A stretch of 64,000 nucleotides of DNA. Source: Actinomycetota bacterium. Lineage in GTDB: Bacteria; Actinomycetota; Acidimicrobiia; Acidimicrobiales; SZUA-35. The stretch is from positions 178,621 through 242,620 of the forward strand of contig JBCCRO010000004.1 in the NCBI GenBank assembly GCA_039201605.1, read 5' to 3'. Shown here in pieces: positions 58,975 through 64,000 of this stretch; positions within the stretch are counted from its first letter, which is position 1, and the number at the start of each line of letters is the position of its first letter. Position numbers and translations under genes: made by a program. The notes under the pieces were generated by a model, which saw nothing but the letters and a program-made list of their open reading frames with translations, had not been told where the DNA came from and did not search any database.

Positions 58975-59925
58975 CTAGAGCGTGGACGACGGCAAGCGGA
59001 CGGCCGACAGCGCCAGCCCCAACACCGCGGCCAGCACCCGGGTCCGCCGGACCAGGGCCACGGCCCGGGCGATGTCGTCGGGTTCCGGTCGTCGGCCGGT
59101 GCCGAGGGTCGGCCGGTTCTCCGTGCGGTCGCCGTAGCGGAGCGGTCCCCCGAGTTCGAGGCCCAGGGCGCCGGCCACCGCCGCCTCGGCCACCCCGGCG
59201 TTGGGTGAGGGGTGGCGGTGGGCGTCGGCCCGGATCGCCTCCCAGGTGGCGTTGGCCCGGGCCGGTCGTGCCGCCGCCACCAGCAGGGCGAAGGCCCGGG
59301 CCGGGACGAGGTTGGCGGCGTCGTCGAGCCGGGCCGAGGCCCAGCCGTACCGGCGGTACCGCTCGGAGCGGTGGCCAACCATGGCGTCCATCGTGTTGAT
59401 CGCCCGGTAGGCGCCGGCGCCGGGGGCTCCGGCCGCCACGGCCCACACGACGGGGGCGATGACGGCGTCGACCGAGTTCTCGGCCAGCGACTCGATCACG
59501 GCTGCCGCCAGCCCGCTCTCGTCCAGGTTCGACGGGTCGCGCCCGACGAGCGCGATCACCGCCTCCCGGGCCCCGTCGAGGTCGCGGGCCCGGAGTCGTT
59601 CGTCCACCCGCAGGGCGGCCCGGTCGAGTTCACGACCGGCCACGGCCACCGTCGCCAGCACCATCGTCGAGCGGACCACCAGCCCGGCGCCGACCCCGAG
59701 CCCGACGCCGATGGCGCTGTGGGCCAGGCCCGCCGTCCGCCGGTCGGCCCACAGCCGGTCCTCGACGGCGGTCATGGCCGAGCCGAACCACACCACGGGG
59801 TGCCAGTGGTTCGGGGGCTCCCCCAGCAGCTGGTCGAGCACCAGGGCGGCGGCCACCGCCGCCCCTCGGCGCCGCCACCGGGTGCTCGGGGTGCCGGTGT
59901 GGCGTGGACGGGGGGCTCGGGCCAT
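58975..59925 (-). CDS. cbiB: adenosylcobinamide-phosphate synthase (CbiB/CobD family)
   Basis: 316 aa from ATG 59925, 13 nt after the ndh stop. It is a membrane protein with HWHPVVWFG, AINTMDAMVGHRSERY and HPSPNAG motifs. Confidence 0.85.
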   Translation of the reverse strand: MARAPRPRHTGTPSTRWRRRGAAVAAALVLDQLLGEPPNHWHPVVWFGSAMTAVEDRLWADRRTAGLAHSAIGVGLGVGAGLVVRSTMVLATVAVAGRELDRAALRVDERLRARDLDGAREAVIALVGRDPSNLDESGLAAAVIESLAENSVDAVIAPVVWAVAAGAPGAGAYRAINTMDAMVGHRSERYRRYGWASARLDDAANLVPARAFALLVAAARPARANATWEAIRADAHRHPSPNAGVAEAAVAGALGLELGGPLRYGDRTENRPTLGTGRRPEPDDIARAVALVRRTRVLAAVLGLALSAVRLPSSTL

Positions 59926-59938
59926 GGCCCGGCCGAGG

Positions 59939-61399
59939 CTAGCGGTGCGGCGTCGCCGGTGTGGCCGGGGCCGCCGGCTCACTCGGTCGGCTGGAGGGGT
60001 CCCGGGTCCCCGACGCCGGAGTCGTCGACGAACCCGAGGCCGAAGGCTCGGACGCCGACGGCTCAGAGGTCGACGAATCAGCGGTCGGCGAGTCGGGTGA
60101 GGTCGAGGGCGGAGGGGCCGACCGAGGGGCCACGGCGGGCACCTCGGGTCGCCACGGCGTGGTGATCAGGCGAGCCCCACGTCGGAAGGTGGCCCAGCTC
60201 CAGCCCCAGCTGAAGAGCACGAGCGCCCGACTGCGGAATCCGATCAGCAGGGCGATGTGCACCGCCCACCACAGCACCCAGGCCGCGAGCCCGGACAACC
60301 GGAACCGGCCGAACTGGGCGACGGCGGCGGAGCGACCGATCGTGGCCAGCGAGCCCTTGTCCTTGTAGCGGAAGCGAGGCCGTTCGTCGCCGGCCAGGTC
60401 GGCGAGGATGGCGTCGACCGCGGCCTCGGCTCCCTGCACGGCGGCGGGGGCCACGCCGGGTACCGGCTCGCCGTCGGAGGTGGCGGCGGCCATGTCGCCG
60501 ATGACGAACACGTTCGGTCGGCCGGCCTCGGCCAGCGACAGCGACCCGTCGACGGGGACCCGGCCGGCGCGGTCGAGTTCCACGCCCAGCGTGCGCCCGA
60601 GGGGGCTGGCGGCCACGCCGGCGGCCCACACCACGGTGGCGGCCGGAATGCGGCGCTCGCCCGTCGGGCCCCGCACCGTCACGCCGTCGGCGTCGACCGC
60701 GGTGACCATGGTGTCGGTCTCCACCCGGACGCCGAGCCGCTCCAACTGGCGCTCGGCCTTGGTCGACAGGCGTTCATCGAAGGCGGTGAGCACCCGGTCG
60801 ACGCCCTCGATGAGCAGTACCTCGGCCGTGGTGGGATCGATCGAGCGGAAGTCCTGGGCCAGGGTGCGGGTGGCGATCTCGGCGATGGCGCCGGCCAGCT
60901 CCACCCCGGTCGGGCCGGCGCCCACCACGATGAACGTGAGCTCGGCCCGTTGCGCCCCGGCGTCGTCGGCCCGCTCCGCCCGCTCGAAGGCGGCCAGGAC
61001 CCGCCGCCGGATCTCCAGGGCGTCCTCCACCGACTTGAGACCCGGGGCGTGGCGCTCCCAGTGGTCGTTGCCGAAGTAGGCGTGGCGGGCCCCGGCGGCC
61101 AGGATCAGGTGGTCGAAGGCGACCGAGGAGCCATCGGCCAGCGTGACGGAGTCGACCCCCACGTCGACCACCTCGCCCAGCACCACGTCGACGTTGGCCT
61201 GGGATCGCAGCACCGATCGGATCGGGTGGGCGATGTCGGAGGGATTCAGTCCGGCCGTGGCCACCTGGTACAGCAGGGGCTGGAACAGGTGGTGGTTCCG
61301 GCGATCGATCAACGTGATCTCGACCGGGGCGTCGGCCAGCCGTTTCGCCGCTTCGAGACCGCCGAAACCGCCGCCGACGATGACGACGCGATGGCTCAT
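59939..61399 (-). CDS. ndh: type II NADH dehydrogenase (NDH-2)
   Basis: 486 aa with two dinucleotide folds (VVIVGGGFGGLEAA; FIVVGAGPTGVELAG), a C-terminal membrane-anchoring helix region and a Ser/Pro-rich tail. Confidence 0.9.
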   Translation of the reverse strand: MSHRVVIVGGGFGGLEAAKRLADAPVEITLIDRRNHHLFQPLLYQVATAGLNPSDIAHPIRSVLRSQANVDVVLGEVVDVGVDSVTLADGSSVAFDHLILAAGARHAYFGNDHWERHAPGLKSVEDALEIRRRVLAAFERAERADDAGAQRAELTFIVVGAGPTGVELAGAIAEIATRTLAQDFRSIDPTTAEVLLIEGVDRVLTAFDERLSTKAERQLERLGVRVETDTMVTAVDADGVTVRGPTGERRIPAATVVWAAGVAASPLGRTLGVELDRAGRVPVDGSLSLAEAGRPNVFVIGDMAAATSDGEPVPGVAPAAVQGAEAAVDAILADLAGDERPRFRYKDKGSLATIGRSAAVAQFGRFRLSGLAAWVLWWAVHIALLIGFRSRALVLFSWGWSWATFRRGARLITTPWRPEVPAVAPRSAPPPSTSPDSPTADSSTSEPSASEPSASGSSTTPASGTRDPSSRPSEPAAPATPATPHR

Positions 61400-61638
61400 G
61401 GCCTCAGCCTAGATCGCCCCCGATCGCCCCGCTGCGGGCGTTGGTCACAACGTCGCCCACGGTGGGTCGTCGGCCACCGGGCTCCGTCGCCCCTGCTCAG
61501 CGGGTACGGGATCGATGGTGAATGATGTCGCAGGCTACACACCCTGGCGGGTGATCGAGTACGGTCCGGGTTTGAACAAACCGGTTGGCGGGTTGGGGCC
61601 CTCGACGATGACCGCACCTCGCCGGAAGGAGCATGGCC

Positions 61639-62868
61639 ATGCCCGCTACGTTGGCCGAACTGATCTCGGACGATCGTGTCGAGTTCGAAGAACTCCACCA
61701 ACGCTACGGCCCGGTGCTCAACCTGGTGAACGTGCTCATCGGCGTCGTTCCCAACTGCGATCCCTATCTGGAGATCTGGCCCGCCGGCTTCCGCACCTAC
61801 AACCTGATGGTGCCCAACTTCCTCAACCTGCCGCCGATGCTGTTCGGCCGGGGCGCGCCCAAGGACATCGTCGGCCTCGCCATGTACACCTCGTCGCGGG
61901 CGGCGTCGTGCGCCTACTGCTCGGCCCACACCTGCTCGTTCGCCCTCCGCCGGGGATCGAGCGCCGACGCCGTGACCGGGGCCAAGCGGACCGACGTCGA
62001 GCAGGCCGCGGTCGACATCTCCGAGGCCCTCTCGTTCATCCCCCACTACTACACCCCCGAGTACAAGAAGCGCCTGGTGGCCGAGCTCGGACCCTCCGAT
62101 GCCGAGTGGGTCGTCATGGGCGTCGCCATGATGGGGTTCCTCAACAAGTTCATGGACGCCATGGGCATCGAGCTGGAGGCGGAGTCGGTCGGCGACGTCG
62201 CCGATCTGATCGAGCCGACCGGCTGGTCCGTCGGTCAGCACGGCTGGGCCGGCGTCGAGCGGGCCGACGGCTCCACCCCTCCCCCGACCGACACCCTCGG
62301 CACGTTCATCCGGGTGGGCCGCAACGCCCGGGGGGCGATCAAGCTCGAGAAGACGTGGATGGAGGGCATCCCCAAGCAGCAGGCGGCGATCCGATCCCAT
62401 GTGGCCGACATCTACGGCTACGACGAGCCCCTGATCACGGCGATGGCCCACGCCAAGCCGGCCAGGGCCTTGGGCGCCATGCTTCGCCACAACCTCGATC
62501 CGAGCCAGTCCGAGCTCGGTGTCGACAAGAAGGCGCTGGCCGGCCTGGTCTTCGCCGTGGCGGCGGGGAACGAGCGCCTGGTCGCGGCCCAGCGCACTCT
62601 GGCCGAGCAGCACGGCGCCACCACGGCCGAGGTGGAGGCGGCGGCGTCGCCCGATCTCGACCTGGCGGCCGCCGGTCTCGACGACGCCACGGCGGCTGTC
62701 CTCACCGCCGCCCGCGCCATCGCCCCCAGCCCGGCCGCGGTCGACGCCCCCGTCATCGGGCTGGTCGCCGATCAGCTGTCGTCGGCCCAGACGGTGGAGC
62801 TGGCGGTGTGGGTGTCGGTGTGCCAGCTGATCCATCGCCTGAGCGTCTACTTCGAGATGACCGACTGA
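61639..62868 (+). CDS. AhpD-like / carboxymuconolactone decarboxylase family protein (two-domain)
   Basis: The AhpD-type motif C-x2-C-x3-H is present (SCAYCSAHTCS). AAGGAG lies 7 nt upstream of ATG 61639; ATG 61633 is the track start. Confidence 0.7.
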   Translation: MPATLAELISDDRVEFEELHQRYGPVLNLVNVLIGVVPNCDPYLEIWPAGFRTYNLMVPNFLNLPPMLFGRGAPKDIVGLAMYTSSRAASCAYCSAHTCSFALRRGSSADAVTGAKRTDVEQAAVDISEALSFIPHYYTPEYKKRLVAELGPSDAEWVVMGVAMMGFLNKFMDAMGIELEAESVGDVADLIEPTGWSVGQHGWAGVERADGSTPPPTDTLGTFIRVGRNARGAIKLEKTWMEGIPKQQAAIRSHVADIYGYDEPLITAMAHAKPARALGAMLRHNLDPSQSELGVDKKALAGLVFAVAAGNERLVAAQRTLAEQHGATTAEVEAAASPDLDLAAAGLDDATAAVLTAARAIAPSPAAVDAPVIGLVADQLSSAQTVELAVWVSVCQLIHRLSVYFEMTD

Positions 62869-62914
62869 TCCGGTGCCCGACGGCCGGGCGACCACCGGGC
62901 ACTAGGCTCCGGCC

Positions 62915-63409
62915 ATGGTCGACCGCACCCCGCTGGGAACCAGGGACGAGGCCGCCGTCGCCGACTTCTGGCGCCGGTTCCTCGCCGCCTCCGGACGCCC
63001 CGACGACACCCCCCTCGCCGACGCCTGGCCGTTCGGCGATTCGGTCGAGCTGGCCGACGAGCTGATCGATCTCGTCCTGCACGGCCCGAAGCGGGCCACC
63101 GCCGGGGCGGTCGCCGAGTACGAGCACGATGGCGACCCGATCCCCCGGGTCGGCGATCTGGAGATCGCCCTCGACGGCGCGATGCGCCCCCGAGCCGTGC
63201 TGGAGATCACCGACGTCCGCATCGGGCCGCTGTCGTCGGTGGACGATCGATTCGCCTGGGATGAGGGCGAGGGCGACCGGACACGGGCCTTCTGGTTGGA
63301 GGCCCACACCGTCTTCTTCAGTCGCTTCCTGCCAACGATCGGCGTGGCCTTCACCCCTGACATGGCCACGATCTTCCAGCGCTTCGACGTGATCTACCAG
63401 GAGGACTGA
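62915..63409 (+). CDS. ASCH-domain protein
   Basis: 164 aa. WPFGDSVELADELIDLVLHGPKRATAG and EGEGDRT..W...H are typical of ASCH/YqfB-like proteins. Confidence 0.75.
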   Translation: MVDRTPLGTRDEAAVADFWRRFLAASGRPDDTPLADAWPFGDSVELADELIDLVLHGPKRATAGAVAEYEHDGDPIPRVGDLEIALDGAMRPRAVLEITDVRIGPLSSVDDRFAWDEGEGDRTRAFWLEAHTVFFSRFLPTIGVAFTPDMATIFQRFDVIYQED

Positions 63410-63453
63410 CCCCCCGCCTCCGTCGGTCGTCCCGATAGCGGCGGGGTTGGGGC

Positions 63454-64000
63454 TCAACGGTCGATACCGAGCCACTCCTGGTTGAGCGTGTCGAGGGTGC
63501 CGTCGCGCGACATCTGCAGCAGCTCGGCGTTGATGGCCTCGCGCAGCTCGCTGCCGCTGGTCAGGGCGATGCCGTAGGGGTCGGGGGCGAAGTCCGAGCC
63601 CGCCAGCTGCACCAGACCGGCGTAGTCGGTGTCGATCCGATAGGCCAGGATCGGGGCGTCGTAGACCACGGCGTCGTAGGTCCCGTCGGCCACGCCGGCC
63701 AGCGCCGTGTCGATGTCGCCCACCGTGTCGTAGCCGAGGTTGGCCTCGGTGAGGTAGGTGGCCGACACCGTGCCGTCGACGGTGACCACCGATTGGCCGG
63801 CCAGGTCCTCGATGCCGTTGATGTCGCTCTGGAGCTCGCTGACCGTGATGCGGGCCGCGGCCTGAGCCGTCACGTAGGCCACCAGGAACAGGCCGAGCAC
63901 CATCCACACCACCGCCATCAGCCGCGACAGCGGATGGCGGATGTCCTTCACCGCCTCACCCCCGGTCACCATTGACACCGTCGACCACCACAGGGCCTCG
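63454..64000 (-). CDS. ligand-gated K+ channel / type-3 solute-binding domain protein (GluR0-like), 3' part only
   Basis: A TM helix (RLMAVVWMVLGLFLVAYVTAQAAA) is followed by a periplasmic-binding-protein lobe (DLAGQSVVTVDGTVSATYL...YDAVVYDAPILAY...YGIALTSGSELREAINAELLQM). The reading frame stays open upstream of the GTG at 63978 to the window edge, so the gene is truncated by the window. Confidence 0.7.
   Translation of the reverse strand, partial: EALWWSTVSMVTGGEAVKDIRHPLSRLMAVVWMVLGLFLVAYVTAQAAARITVSELQSDINGIEDLAGQSVVTVDGTVSATYLTEANLGYDTVGDIDTALAGVADGTYDAVVYDAPILAYRIDTDYAGLVQLAGSDFAPDPYGIALTSGSELREAINAELLQMSRDGTLDTLNQEWLGIDR

Noticed and set aside
61569-61582. Short palindrome GGTTTG-AA-CAAACC upstream of the AhpD-like gene
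   Set aside because: It has only 6-bp arms, and no cognate regulator gene is adjacent. Chance occurrence cannot be excluded.

Overview
Very GC-rich chromosomal segment: in real genes codon position 3 is almost always G/C. Mycothiol-type DinB/MDMPI and deazaflavin (F420)-type nitroreductase genes point to Actinobacteria. I support about 50 protein-coding genes, tightly packed on both strands, and found no rRNA, tRNA, CRISPR array, transposase, integrase or prophage signature. Most genes are core or accessory metabolism: glcB-glcG under a divergent GntR regulator, monomeric icd, tdk, aroQ, hpf, ndh, cbiB, a thrH-like gene, azlCD, thiolase, an enoyl-CoA hydratase / acyl-CoA ligase / ACAD set, several SDRs and MFS transporters, an alkylsulfatase and a GGDEF-EAL protein. 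The items most worth a second look are: (1) a ~1,960-aa protein at 40.1-46.0 kb made almost only of ~37 tandem 45-residue helical-hairpin repeats, with no catalytic or NTPase module, ending mid-repeat; (2) a 77-aa WXG-like helical protein translationally coupled to an alpha/beta hydrolase that has no signal peptide (51.4-52.9 kb); (3) a TSUP-type membrane protein ATGA-coupled to a soluble Ser/Thr kinase carrying its own FHA domain (19.7-22.3 kb); (4) a ThrH-like HAD phosphotransferase directly downstream of an orphan cbiB; (5) a 475-bp noncoding gap containing a perfect 12-bp-stem hairpin (47.1-47.6 kb); (6) a perfect 26-bp palindromic operator between gntR and glcB. All calls come from reading the ORF track, motifs and codon bias by eye. 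No database search was run, so family names are recognition-level hypotheses. The many long Arg/Gly/Pro-rich ORFs antisense to real genes are high-GC shadow ORFs and were rejected.
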